From the IMG/VR virus record IMGVR_UViG_3300034374_009302, positions 1-55,794 of that record: DNA of 55,794 bases. The stretch is one strand, 5' to 3'. The notes beneath the pieces are model-generated. The model was not told the origin of the DNA. It saw nothing but the letters and a program-made list of their open reading frames with translations, and did not search any database. The DNA comes from a virus. Lineage: Duplodnaviria > Caudoviricetes. Shown piece after piece: positions 9,286 to 19,036 of this stretch (positions within the stretch are counted from its first letter, which is position 1; each line of letters opens with the position of its first letter). The position numbers were made by a program, and so were the translations under genes.

Positions 9286-9685
9286 GACTCATTAAACTTT
9301 TTTCCCAAGACAACACTATGTCTCTTTCGTATAATTTATCCTTAACCTTTTCCTCAGTCTCCCCGTATCTAAAAACCAAACGGGTAAACTTTTGGTCAAC
9401 GATGGCTTCACTCTCTGCATCTTCCCAAGCCAATGCAATAACATCTTCAGTAGCATCATATACAGAGAAAAAGTCAGAATTTTGAATTAAGTTCAACTCA
9501 ATATCGGTATTCTTCAAAATTCCTACCTTCTTTATAAAATGTATAAGGGGTGGAGTTGGGTTACCACCGGCAGGTTCCTTATCCCAATCTTCACCCCATA
9601 CATCGTCAATATCACTAAAAATAAACTCGTAAATATTATCCCCCTTAAAGTTGGGACCGAGTTCATTAACGTATACTAGTTTCAT
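9278..9685 (-). CDS. Hypothetical protein
   Basis: 135-aa ORF overlapping both neighbours (ATGA overlap at 9682-9685). Confidence 0.8.
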   Translation of the reverse strand: MKLVYVNELGPNFKGDNIYEFIFSDIDDVWGEDWDKEPAGGNPTPPLIHFIKKVGILKNTDIELNLIQNSDFFSVYDATEDVIALAWEDAESEAIVDQKFTRLVFRYGETEEKVKDKLYERDIVLSWEKSLMSHE

Positions 9686-11169
9686 AGTAACTCACCCTTT
9701 TGAGAAACTTTAATCTGTTGACCTTCGTTCTCAAATACTAAGTTACCTTTGTTTGTTTTACCTAAAAATTTAATATCAGAATTTTCTCTCAATAGGAAGT
9801 CTGCAGTCATTTCTTGTTCTACAGTCTCACACATTGACTTCATTTCTTTTCTGACAGTTACTTTCTGAACTTTCTCAGCGATGAATCTTTTGATGTTTTT
9901 TTGTTCACTCATCACTTTTTCGTCTTCAGAAACTACAAAATACTTAGAAAGAACTTTATCGATTTTTGACTCAGAAAAAATTTCATCCATTAGTTTCCCA
10001 CCCATGTCCATGTTTCTTCTCTTACGTAGTTTGAATGGTTGACCATATTTTTCTTTATACATATCAAACATTCTTCTACCACTACTACTCATACCTAAAT
10101 CTCTTTTGTCACTATCGTCAGGTCTAAACCATTTTTGTTTTGCCCCGTATCTTGACATCAAATCATCAAAGTCTTCGATTTCTTCTTCATCGTAGTCAAA
10201 ATCAAATTCTCCTTTATATTCACTATCATTTCTATTAAACCAAGGTTGGTCACCAATAGATAAGAACATATCATCGTAGTCTTCTTTCATTTCACCCATT
10301 TCAGCTTCAGGTTCTTCGTCACCTAAGTCAAAATCCATGTCCAAATCTAATTCATCACCTGCATCAACATCTAAGTCTGCTTCATCATCTACACCGTAGT
10401 CGATTTCGTCTTCTTCAAAGTTAGCTAAGATATCTTCTTTATCTTCTTCACTTAACTTATCCAAATCAATTGCTGAAATGATTGAATTCAAAACGTATTT
10501 GATATCTTCTGAAGTTAAACCTTCCTGGGAGTCGATGGTTCTTAACTTCTGACCTAATTTACCTGTTAGTTTTTGAATTACTTTGATTGATACTTCTTCT
10601 TCTTGGTCATCCATTTCTTGGTCCATTTCAGGTTCCATATCCATGTCTAAATCCAAGTCCATATCTTCTTCACCTTCAGGAGTGTCCAAACCTAAATCTA
10701 AATCTAAGTCTTCACCACCCATATCACTATCAGCAGATGCCGACAAGTCTAAATCCATTTCAGGTTCTACTGCCGGAGCTTCAGGTTTTGGTGTTTTTAG
10801 AACAAACTTCTTTTCTTGCTCTCCGAAAAGGTTCAACCCTTCTTCGTTTTCGTGAAGTCTGTTTAATTCTGCAGCCATCAAATTGAATTTCTTCAAAGCT
10901 TTTGAGTATGAACTCATATACTTTCTGTTGGCCATTGGTTCGTTGTAATCCATTTCTGATTCATTCAAACCACTTTTGATGATATATCCGTTTTTCTCAA
11001 ATACAATACCGTAATATTTTCCATCGGCTAACTGTCTTTGATACTCCACAGAATTCGATTCGTTCAATTCTGAACGGTCTGTTTCGTTATAACGAGCAAT
11101 TTCCATGATACGTTTTAGTTTGTCCGTACCCTGTAATTTCTCACTACCTAAAGGTCTTAAATCTCCCAT
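9682..11169 (-). CDS. Hypothetical highly acidic protein (prohead-core-like)
   Basis: 495 aa with DLDL/DMDM acidic tracts like the scaffold-like protein at 1-474, and several L/I-x-E motifs. Confidence 0.75.
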   Translation of the reverse strand: MGDLRPLGSEKLQGTDKLKRIMEIARYNETDRSELNESNSVEYQRQLADGKYYGIVFEKNGYIIKSGLNESEMDYNEPMANRKYMSSYSKALKKFNLMAAELNRLHENEEGLNLFGEQEKKFVLKTPKPEAPAVEPEMDLDLSASADSDMGGEDLDLDLGLDTPEGEEDMDLDLDMDMEPEMDQEMDDQEEEVSIKVIQKLTGKLGQKLRTIDSQEGLTSEDIKYVLNSIISAIDLDKLSEEDKEDILANFEEDEIDYGVDDEADLDVDAGDELDLDMDFDLGDEEPEAEMGEMKEDYDDMFLSIGDQPWFNRNDSEYKGEFDFDYDEEEIEDFDDLMSRYGAKQKWFRPDDSDKRDLGMSSSGRRMFDMYKEKYGQPFKLRKRRNMDMGGKLMDEIFSESKIDKVLSKYFVVSEDEKVMSEQKNIKRFIAEKVQKVTVRKEMKSMCETVEQEMTADFLLRENSDIKFLGKTNKGNLVFENEGQQIKVSQKGELL

Positions 11170-11194
11170 TTTATATTATTTATAAAACTTTATT

Positions 11195-11344
11195 TTAATT
11201 AAAAACACCGCCACCACCAAGGAGGACAGAGCCACATTGTATTACTTCTTCACCATCACTATTAGTATAGATAGGATGAGGAGTTGCCGTTCCACCTGAG
11301 AACGCTTCATATTCGTTGTGCGAGTTACAAGTATTAATTGGCAT
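11195..11344 (-). CDS. Small hypothetical protein (49 aa)
   Basis: Read by hand: MPINTCNSHNEYEAFSGGTATPHPIYTNSDGEEVIQCGSVLLGGGGVFN*; TATTTAT at 11358-11364. Confidence 0.65.
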   Translation of the reverse strand: MPINTCNSHNEYEAFSGGTATPHPIYTNSDGEEVIQCGSVLLGGGGVFN

Positions 11345-11410
11345 AACTTTTTTTCTAATAAATATATTGAAAAATAAGATTTTTCCTTTTTACACTATAA
11401 TTAGTAAAAA

Positions 11411-12151
11411 TTATTCTTCAATCTCCTGTTCTAATGACAGGTTTTTATCCACAAGTTCGTTGGTAAAATCAAATAGTTTTTGAACGTATCCGTTTCTTCT
11501 TAAGAATTTGAATACTAAGTTCTCGTAAGAATATTCACCCTCACTCTCTAATCCACAACTACGGTATTTCTTTAGTTGGTCTTTGAATTTGTCAATCGTT
11601 TCTAAGGCTTGGTCGAGGTCTTCATCTTCAACAGTATCTAAAAGATTATCAATCTTATCCATCCAAGATTCTACTTTCTCCTGTAATCTCTCTTCGTCAA
11701 TTTTAACCTCTTCTTTAGATGGTTCTTCTATCCACTCGTCAAATAATACCGAATATACCCCTGTTGAAAAGTGTGATTCATTAAGGTCCTGAACGTATAA
11801 TTCTACTTCATAACCTTTTACTGTGATGTCGTGAGTAGAGTTAAATAATGTTTTCTTTAATTTAAATAATTCTTTAATAAGTTCCTTATCATCTCCTGAC
11901 TCATCAAAGTCATACATAATGTGTAAATCAACATCAGAGAATTTGGACCAGTTGTAATTTGCCAAAGAACCTGTCATAGTAATATCTGAGACAAAGATAG
12001 GTAAACCTAAAAATTCAATAAATTCATTGGCTATATCGATAAGGGATTGACGCACATCAGAATGCATAGACATGTCCTCATTATCCCATATCTCAGGATT
12101 GAGTTCGTCTTGCACATAAAAACTTGATACTATTTCATCAAATTTACCCAT
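11411..12151 (-). CDS. Pol-beta-superfamily nucleotidyltransferase
   Basis: TGSLANYNWSKFSDVDLH (GS...DxD) plus a distal VELYVQD. Start moved to ATG 12151 because the TTG at 12157 abuts the promoter motif. Confidence 0.75.
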   Translation of the reverse strand: MGKFDEIVSSFYVQDELNPEIWDNEDMSMHSDVRQSLIDIANEFIEFLGLPIFVSDITMTGSLANYNWSKFSDVDLHIMYDFDESGDDKELIKELFKLKKTLFNSTHDITVKGYEVELYVQDLNESHFSTGVYSVLFDEWIEEPSKEEVKIDEERLQEKVESWMDKIDNLLDTVEDEDLDQALETIDKFKDQLKKYRSCGLESEGEYSYENLVFKFLRRNGYVQKLFDFTNELVDKNLSLEQEIEE

Positions 12152-12173
12152 TAACAATAAATACCACGAAGAC

Positions 12174-12422
12174 TTACTTTGTTATTTTTTTGTATTCGTA
12201 TTTCTTCGCAATCTCTTTGTTGAAGAAACTTCCTTGAGATTCTGCCATTCTAAATTGGGTATAAACTTTGTGTGGAACATCTTTGTATTCGTATTCCATG
12301 CCGTTTTTGAATGTTGCTGTTAGTTTCTTTTGGTCGAGGTCATAGATAGTCTTAGTGATGTTTGAAGACTCTACCTCATTGATGATTTGTTTACCTACGA
12401 TTTTTTCACTCTTGATTGCCAT
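12174..12422 (-). CDS. KTSC domain protein
   Basis: VESSNI....YD....L...FKNG.EYEY.DVP...Y..F..AESQGSFFN.EI pattern. Confidence 0.88.
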   Translation of the reverse strand: MAIKSEKIVGKQIINEVESSNITKTIYDLDQKKLTATFKNGMEYEYKDVPHKVYTQFRMAESQGSFFNKEIAKKYEYKKITK

Positions 12423-12720
12423 TGTTTAAAGGATATTTTTCTTCTAACTTAGACAACTTTCTTGAAATGTAACTATCAAAATTCTTTTTGACATCATCAT
12501 TCCACATACCGTATTTCATTAATTGTTGATTTACGTTTTGAATATTATTAAGAACTTCATCTCTTAACCTAAACACCTCAGCAGGTGCCGATGAGATACT
12601 TTTTAAGTCTTCTTCTGTAAAACCAGCATCTCTAAGTGCCATTCTAAGTTTTATGAATGACTCTTCTATAGAGCCCACATCACCAAACTTTGTAATATAT
12701 TCTAACCACGGTTGTTTCAT
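12406..12720 (-). CDS. Hypothetical protein
   Basis: ORF overlapping the KTSC gene start; TATTTAT at 12725-12731 favours ATG 12720. Confidence 0.7.
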   Translation of the reverse strand: MKQPWLEYITKFGDVGSIEESFIKLRMALRDAGFTEEDLKSISSAPAEVFRLRDEVLNNIQNVNQQLMKYGMWNDDVKKNFDSYISRKLSKLEEKYPLNNGNQE

Positions 12721-12732
12721 AACCATAAATAT

Positions 12733-12759
12733 AAAAAAACCCCGATTTCTCGGGGTTTT
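12733..12759. terminator. Intrinsic terminator
   Basis: aaaaccccga-tttc-tcggggtttt with an A run, downstream of the UVR-domain gene. Confidence 0.75.
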
Positions 12760-12765
12760 CAGGAA

Positions 12766-13197
12766 TTAGTCCTCCAATTTTTTTATCTCGTCACGAAGTT
12801 CGATGGCCCTTTCGAAGTTTTCTTTTGAGATTGCCAATTGGAGTTCTTCTTTTAAGTCGGTTATTTTCTTGTTATTCTTTTCTAAGTTTTTGATTTGGTC
12901 TCTTAGTTCTGCAGCTTTTTCAAACTCTTGATTTTCAACATACTTCTGTAGTTTGTTCTTTAATTCTAAAGTTTTATCACTTTCTGTTGTGGTTGTAGAA
13001 TCGTTTACCCTAACGATAGATGTTACTGAATAAGTTCCGTCGTTAGAAGTAAAAGTTTCTTTGGTCCACTTTCCGTGTTCATCACTTCCTTCCTCAACCT
13101 TACTCTTACCCTGAATATAGGTAGGTGAGTTGAACATAGAGTTTAATTCATTAAACATAGAATCGAATTCTGATAACCAATTTCTTCTTCCAAACAT
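12766..13197 (-). CDS. Protein with two UVR (UvrB/UvrC) coiled-coil motifs; candidate Clp adaptor
   Basis: LQKYVENQEFEKAAELRDQI and LQLAISKENFERAIELRDEI; divergent from the Clp ATPase. Confidence 0.8.
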   Translation of the reverse strand: MFGRRNWLSEFDSMFNELNSMFNSPTYIQGKSKVEEGSDEHGKWTKETFTSNDGTYSVTSIVRVNDSTTTTESDKTLELKNKLQKYVENQEFEKAAELRDQIKNLEKNNKKITDLKEELQLAISKENFERAIELRDEIKKLED

Positions 13198-13276
13198 AAT
13201 TTTGTATTTTTAAAAAATTTATTTTACATTTGTTCTCTCATAGAAAAATGTGCCAAATTGAAAATCGGGTATGTTG

Positions 13277-13293
13277 ACTGACATAATGTCAGT
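13277..13293. promoter_or_regulatory. Perfect palindrome ACTGACAT-A-ATGTCAGT (candidate operator)
   Basis: 8-bp arms, with an extra half-site ACTGACAT at 13308-13315, in the divergent intergenic region. Confidence 0.55.
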
Positions 13294-13350
13294 TGTAAAT
13301 AAAATTTACTGACATTTTGAGTTAATGTGTTTTTTGTCCCGATTTTTGTT

Positions 13351-13358
13351 TATCTTTG
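13351..13358 (+). promoter_or_regulatory. Bacteroidota primary-sigma -7 element TAnnTTTG
   Basis: TATCTTTG 29 nt upstream of the Clp ATPase start. Confidence 0.7.
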
Positions 13359-13387
13359 TAGTGTTAAAAATTAAAAACGATTGATAT

Positions 13388-15400
13388 ATGATTGAGTCTG
13401 TAGACCCTAATGACAACCCACGTGGAGACAAGAAAAAATCCAACTCACCAACTCCGGTGTTGGACAACTTCTCTCGTGATTTGAATAAGTTAGCGGAGAT
13501 GGGAAAACTCGACCCTGTGGTGGGTCGTGAACGTGAGATTGACCGAATCGCACAAATCCTTTCTCGTAGAAAGAAAAACAACCCTATCATCATTGGCGAG
13601 CCAGGCGCTGGTAAGACCGCCATTGTTGAAGGATTGGCGATGAAGATTTTCGAAGGTGATTGTCCTCGTAATCTTTGTGATAAACGCATCGTTTCTTTGG
13701 ACCTCACATCCATCGTTGCAGGAACTAAGTATCGTGGACAGTTTGAGGAACGTCTAAAGGTTATTTTGGATGAACTTCACGACAATCCTGATATCATCAT
13801 CTTCATCGATGAGATTCACACCATTATTGGTACTGGTAACGCATCAGGTTCATTGGATGCATCCAACATCTTCAAACCGGCACTTGCTCGTGGTGAACTA
13901 CAATGTATCGGAGCAACGACTCTTGACGAATACCGTGAGAACATTGAGAAGGACGGAGCATTGGAACGTCGTTTCCAAAAAGTAGTCGTGGACGGGGCAA
14001 CACCTGAAGAGACAATGATTATCCTTTCCAACCTCAAGTCTCGTTACGAGTCTCACCACAAAGTAAACTACACTGACAAATCGTTAGAAGCATGTGTATA
14101 CTTAGCTGACCGTTACATCACAGACCGTGAGTTCCCTGATAAAGCTATTGACATCATGGATGAGGTGGGTGCACGAACACAGATTTCTGTGAAACTACCT
14201 GAAGAGATTGAGGTATTGAAGGAAGAGGCACTCAAAATCAAGCAGGAGAAAATTGACGTGGTAAAACGTCAGGACTATGAGAAAGCAGCACATCTACGTG
14301 ACAAAGAACGTAAGGTATTGGAAAAGTTAGAGAAGGTTAAGGAAGATTTTGAAAAGAAGCAAGATACCGAGCGTAAAGATGTCACTGAAGAAATGGTTTA
14401 TGATGTGGTGGCAAACATGACCAAGATTCCAGTATCCAAACTCAACCAAAATGAGATGGATGGTTTGTTGGAGTTGGAAAACAGCCTCAATAAGACGGTC
14501 ATCGGTCAAGAACCAGCGGTTAAGAAGATTGCAAAAGCTATCCGTCGTAACCGTGTGGGTATCAAAGACCCCAACCGACCAATCGGTTCTTTCATCTTCT
14601 TAGGTTCAACTGGTATTGGTAAGACTCACTTGGCAAAACAGTTGGCGAAAGAAATCTTCGGTGACGAAGACGCACTCATCCGAGTGGATATGAGTGAATA
14701 CCAAGAGAAATACACCATGTCTCGTTTGATTGGTTCTCCTCCAGGATATGTGGGTCACGACCAAGGTGGTCAACTTACCGAGGCGGTGAAGAACAAACCT
14801 TACTCAGTGGTATTGTTTGATGAGATTGAAAAGGCAAACAAAGACATCTTCTCACTTCTTCTTCAGATGATGGACGATGGTCACCTAACAGACAGTTTCG
14901 GTCGCAAGATTAACTTCAAAAACTGTTTAATTATTATGACATCAAACTTGGGTGTTAAGAAACTTCAAGACTTCGGAGCGGGTGTAGGTTTTGATACCAA
15001 CGCAAGAATGAGTGGTGATGAGGACCTGAAAAAGGCTCTCCTTCAAAAAGAGTTGAAGAACCACTTTACCCCTGAGTTCTTAAACCGTTTGGATGAGGTG
15101 ATTGTCTTCAACCCTCTCAAAGAAACTGAAGTTCGTCAGATTGTGGACATCGAGTTATCTAAACTCAGCAAACGTTTGGATAAGTTGGGTTACAACATCG
15201 ACATTACCAAAGAACTACGTGATATGTTGGCAGATATCGGTTTCGATGAGAAATACGGAGCACGTCCTATCAAACGAGCAATCCAAGAGAAGATTGAAGA
15301 TTTTATCTCTGAAGAAGTTCTTCGTGGTAAGATTAAAATCGGAAACTCTTACACCTTAGAGGTTGAGGAAGAGAATGTTGTATTAAAAGAGGGGAATTAA
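13388..15400 (+). CDS. clpC: ClpC-type AAA+ ATPase lacking the N-terminal Clp-repeat domain
   Basis: Two AAA+ modules ([13 protein letters not shown] and [15 protein letters not shown]), UVR-type middle domain [11 protein letters not shown], ClpP-docking loop GVGF, GARP; starts almost directly at [10 protein letters not shown]. Confidence 0.9.
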   Translation: MIESVDPNDNPRGDKKKSNSPTPVLDNFSRDLNKLAEMGKLDPVVGREREIDRIAQILSRRKKNNPIIIGEPGAGKTAIVEGLAMKIFEGDCPRNLCDKRIVSLDLTSIVAGTKYRGQFEERLKVILDELHDNPDIIIFIDEIHTIIGTGNASGSLDASNIFKPALARGELQCIGATTLDEYRENIEKDGALERRFQKVVVDGATPEETMIILSNLKSRYESHHKVNYTDKSLEACVYLADRYITDREFPDKAIDIMDEVGARTQISVKLPEEIEVLKEEALKIKQEKIDVVKRQDYEKAAHLRDKERKVLEKLEKVKEDFEKKQDTERKDVTEEMVYDVVANMTKIPVSKLNQNEMDGLLELENSLNKTVIGQEPAVKKIAKAIRRNRVGIKDPNRPIGSFIFLGSTGIGKTHLAKQLAKEIFGDEDALIRVDMSEYQEKYTMSRLIGSPPGYVGHDQGGQLTEAVKNKPYSVVLFDEIEKANKDIFSLLLQMMDDGHLTDSFGRKINFKNCLIIMTSNLGVKKLQDFGAGVGFDTNARMSGDEDLKKALLQKELKNHFTPEFLNRLDEVIVFNPLKETEVRQIVDIELSKLSKRLDKLGYNIDITKELRDMLADIGFDEKYGARPIKRAIQEKIEDFISEEVLRGKIKIGNSYTLEVEEENVVLKEGN

Positions 15401-15414
15401 CCCCCTCTTTTTTT
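15385..15414 (+). terminator. Intrinsic terminator
   Basis: aaaagagggg...cccctctttt hairpin with a T run at the clpC end. Confidence 0.75.
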
Positions 15415-15434
15415 GGCAACTCAAAAAAAAGATG

Positions 15435-15442
15435 TATATTTG
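15435..15442 (+). promoter_or_regulatory. TAnnTTTG -7 element
   Basis: TATATTTG upstream of the peptidase; TTTG about 19 nt further upstream. Confidence 0.7.
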
Positions 15443-15460
15443 TAGACTAAATTAAAAACA

Positions 15461-16558
15461 ATGAACAAAGAAACCTTAACTCGTTTTAAAGACTTGCTCT
15501 CAGTCCCCTCGAAAACATATCAAGAGGACCAGATGGTGGAATACATCTCATGGGTATTGGATACCATTCCTGGTGTTGAATACTACACCGATGAGATGAA
15601 CAACATCTACGCAACCAAGAAACAAGAGGGTTTCAACGGACATTTTCCAATGTTCATTGCCCATACCGACACGGTCCACTCGTTGGTACCAGAAATTGTC
15701 GTTGAGGAGCAATATCTTCCCAAACCACCTACCTTCGGAAAAACATTCGATGACACAGAACATCATGTCCTAAAGGCATACACGCCAGATGGTAATCCGA
15801 CAGGTATTGGTGGTGATGATAAAGCGGGAATATTCATTTGTCTCGAACTACTCCGCGTTCTATCAAATGTGAAAGTAGGGTTATTCGTTTCTGAAGAGAC
15901 CGGATGTCACGGTTCAAGCAAATGTGATATTGACTTCCTCAACGACGTCGGTTACGCCATTCAATTCGACGCACCTGGTGACCACCTAATTACCGAGTAT
16001 TGCTCGGGAGTTCAACTCTTTGAACGTGATAGTGAGTTTGGTGAACGTGCCATTCGTGTGATTGAAAACACTATGGGTACCAAATTAGAACTACAGTCTC
16101 ACCCCTATACCGATGTGTCACAAATCAAAATGAAGTCTGACTTCGTTTGTTTGAATATGTCTTGTGGGTATTACAATATGCACACAGCCAATGAATTCAT
16201 CTCAACTGAAGATGTGGACAAAGCAATTCGTAGTGGTATCAATTTGGTTAACGAATTGGGTTTTGAAAAGTATGAATATCACTTTAAGAAAAACAACCTA
16301 ACCTATGGTTACGGAAACTTATTTGATGTGGACAGTCTTAGAGATGATGATTTTGACGATTGGGATTCTACATTAGGTGACGGTCTTTACGATGAAGAAG
16401 ATACCGTAGAGTTGGATGACAACATTGTCCACAAAGAATGGTCAGGGGTGAGTATCATCTCAAAACATACGGGTGAATCTGTATGGTTGAGTGATGAAGA
16501 ATGTGCTTCTCTTTACGAAATTATTCGTGAGAAGGTATTATTCAAAGGGGTCGAATAA
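15461..16558 (+). CDS. M20/M28/M42-clan zinc metallopeptidase
   Basis: Metal-ligand motifs AHTDTVH, GGDDKAG, SEETG, QFD, YNMHT..E. Confidence 0.82.
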   Translation: MNKETLTRFKDLLSVPSKTYQEDQMVEYISWVLDTIPGVEYYTDEMNNIYATKKQEGFNGHFPMFIAHTDTVHSLVPEIVVEEQYLPKPPTFGKTFDDTEHHVLKAYTPDGNPTGIGGDDKAGIFICLELLRVLSNVKVGLFVSEETGCHGSSKCDIDFLNDVGYAIQFDAPGDHLITEYCSGVQLFERDSEFGERAIRVIENTMGTKLELQSHPYTDVSQIKMKSDFVCLNMSCGYYNMHTANEFISTEDVDKAIRSGINLVNELGFEKYEYHFKKNNLTYGYGNLFDVDSLRDDDFDDWDSTLGDGLYDEEDTVELDDNIVHKEWSGVSIISKHTGESVWLSDEECASLYEIIREKVLFKGVE

Positions 16559-18388
16559 CGAATAGTTATTCATCATGTTGTAAATTGAGGAGAGCTTGGC
16601 TCTCCCTTTTTTTATCTCGTAGGCATCTTTTTCAGAGTCAAATCTCTTCAGTTTGAAGTTTACCTTATTGGTTTCAGGGTCAATTCCCTCAATACTAATA
16701 AACACACCTTCTTGAGATGGAACTTTATTATTCTTACCTAATCTACCAAACTCTTCCTTTACCTTTTCTAATAACTTCACGTATTCTTTAAAATCTACAA
16801 AGTAATCGGCATCGTCCAAATCAGAATAGATATCTTCCAATACACTTAATGTTGGACCATTAAACTCCTCATTAAAGGTTTTATCATCCTCACTTTCATA
16901 CGCCATCTCATAAGGGTAATCATATGGGAAAGATATGTTTACAGTTACCAAATCTCGTATCATATCCATCACACCCATACCCATATAGTGTTCACTATTT
17001 TCGTATAAGTTAATGACTTCATCTAAGGAAATTTCATAGTTATAAAAACATTCACCGTCTTTAGTCACTCCAATGTCATCTAAGATGTTACAAAGACCTT
17101 CCGTGAATTCCTTTTTCAAACCTTCAACTATTGATTGGTTTTTGGCTTGGGTAAATTCTTCAGATAACCTCTCTAAGTCACGACTAGATAAAGTCTCGGC
17201 CATAAACTCACCAATCTTATTGGCTTCCTCACGGTCCACATCCAAACCACCTTCTGTCTCTTTAATAAGTTCGGCAATTTTAGGGTCATACACTTCAAGA
17301 ATATCTTTTAGAACACTCAAATGTTCTTGATTTAAATAAAACAGGTAATACCCATCTTTTAACTCTTCATCCCAATTATATGGGTCGTAGTAATCAGCAT
17401 CAAAACCATATGGTTGTTCAATGGCATATTCAATATACTTTAAGTCTTCTTCACTAACCTCGTCTTCGAAAAGGCTTAAGAACTTTTCAATACCTTCAAA
17501 GTTAATCTTAATAGTGTAGTCACCTTTACTACCATCAACACCTGTAATTAAAGGGTCTCTAAGTTTAACCATTTTTGGCTCTATCTCTCCGAGTTGTAAT
17601 TTTTTCAACATCTCGTATTGATTACCACCTTTGATTAATTTTCTAATCTCAGAAGATATCGGTTCAAACTTTTCCAATAAGACATTTAATGTTCTTATGG
17701 AGTCCTTTTGGTCATAAACCTCAAGCTTACCATTATCCCTAACCAATAATGCCATCTTACCGAAAATACTATCGGGAGACTTCTTATCTATGATATAATA
17801 CAAACTACCTTCTTCAGTATATTTGTCAAAGTATCTGGTGTCGTCTTTTGTAGTGGTACACCATTTGGTATTTGCACCATAATAACAGGATGCTCCGTGA
17901 GACATTGGCTCAACAATTAAAAAACGGTCATCTTCATAAATTCTGTTGACCTCTTTTTTTATTTCCTTCTCTTTTTCCTTTTCAACTTTTCTACGACGAA
18001 CTGCAGTCATTAACGCTTGAAGTCCCCAAATGGAATCATATTTGTTAATGTCTTTTGGTGCCAATTTAATCTTATCACCATTTACCAATGATGATATGGA
18101 TTCAGCATAGTCAACATCCTCAGGTGTAATAGATGTTGCCGATTTATGGAACTGTTCAATAAGGTCGATGAATAGATTTACGTTATCGGCAACAGAGAAT
18201 GTCATTGGGTTACCCAAACTAATCATTTGTTTAATCATCCACTCGGAATATTTTTTGGTGGATGAAGGGTCACCGTCAATAAGTTTTTCCAGTAACTCAG
18301 GTGCATCGGCAAAGGTAGGACTGTCCTTGTATTTATCTATAAGGTTCTCCTTTTTACCTTCGAGTAGTATGTTCTGAAATTTAATCAT
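16538..18388 (-). CDS. Large hypothetical protein with an ASC-YG--TKWC motif (possibly PcfJ-like)
   Basis: 616 aa; IVEPMSHGASCYYGANTKWCTT; leader MIKFQNILLE; TATTTAT at 18400-18406. Confidence 0.6.
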   Translation of the reverse strand: MIKFQNILLEGKKENLIDKYKDSPTFADAPELLEKLIDGDPSSTKKYSEWMIKQMISLGNPMTFSVADNVNLFIDLIEQFHKSATSITPEDVDYAESISSLVNGDKIKLAPKDINKYDSIWGLQALMTAVRRRKVEKEKEKEIKKEVNRIYEDDRFLIVEPMSHGASCYYGANTKWCTTTKDDTRYFDKYTEEGSLYYIIDKKSPDSIFGKMALLVRDNGKLEVYDQKDSIRTLNVLLEKFEPISSEIRKLIKGGNQYEMLKKLQLGEIEPKMVKLRDPLITGVDGSKGDYTIKINFEGIEKFLSLFEDEVSEEDLKYIEYAIEQPYGFDADYYDPYNWDEELKDGYYLFYLNQEHLSVLKDILEVYDPKIAELIKETEGGLDVDREEANKIGEFMAETLSSRDLERLSEEFTQAKNQSIVEGLKKEFTEGLCNILDDIGVTKDGECFYNYEISLDEVINLYENSEHYMGMGVMDMIRDLVTVNISFPYDYPYEMAYESEDDKTFNEEFNGPTLSVLEDIYSDLDDADYFVDFKEYVKLLEKVKEEFGRLGKNNKVPSQEGVFISIEGIDPETNKVNFKLKRFDSEKDAYEIKKGRAKLSSIYNMMNNYSLFDPFE

Positions 18389-18465
18389 AAAAGTTAACTA
18401 TAAATACTTGACAGTTTGGATAATTGATAAATAACCCTTATATTTGAAGTATAAATAAACAACCT

Positions 18466-19008
18466 ATGAAAAAACTACTTTTTTTATTCTTATTGATTCC
18501 TAATCTAATGTTCTCACAAACCAAAGAGCAAATAGATTCTGTTAATTACTACTTCGGTATCTTACTTCGTCAAGACCGTGACAGTGTAAACCAATATAGA
18601 ATCGAAAACGGTATGAAACAATTGAACACCGTTGAAATTGAAACTAACCGTAAGTTATTTGTAAATCCTGATGAACATATTGATTACTGTATTCGTAAGT
18701 GTCACAATGCAGAGGTGTTCTACCCACACAAAGGTATCTACCGTGAAAACTTTTATGCTGAGACTTCTATGGAGGATGACTCCAAGGAATATCAAGACCC
18801 ACAAAAAGTTGCAACTTTATTATATGATAGTTGGAAACATTCACCCAAAGGACATTTTTATCTGATGATGAGTGACCCTAACTTCTCTGAAGGGTTTGAC
18901 TACGAAACATTTATTGTGAGATATAAATTTTCATTTAAGGAAAATGTCAAATGTCCATGGTTGATGATTGCCACCTTCACCGTATATACCTCAGAGGATA
19001 GAAAATAA
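18466..19008 (+). CDS. Secreted CAP/SCP-like domain protein
   Basis: Signal peptide MKKLLFLFLLIPNLMFSQ; EN...W..SP.GH...MM; TATATTTG at 18439-18446. Confidence 0.55.
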   Translation: MKKLLFLFLLIPNLMFSQTKEQIDSVNYYFGILLRQDRDSVNQYRIENGMKQLNTVEIETNRKLFVNPDEHIDYCIRKCHNAEVFYPHKGIYRENFYAETSMEDDSKEYQDPQKVATLLYDSWKHSPKGHFYLMMSDPNFSEGFDYETFIVRYKFSFKENVKCPWLMIATFTVYTSEDRK

Positions 19009-19035
19009 AAAAAAGGACTCCGAGTCCTTTTTTTT
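19007..19035. terminator. Bidirectional terminator
   Basis: A run-ggactccgagtcc-T run between convergent genes. Confidence 0.8.
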
Positions 19036-19036
19036 A

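Noticed and set aside
13306-13713. 135-aa minus-strand ORF and other short ORFs nested in clpC, portal, ppk2 and the carbamoyltransferases
   Set aside because: They overlap well-supported genes, and have no motifs or promoters of their own.
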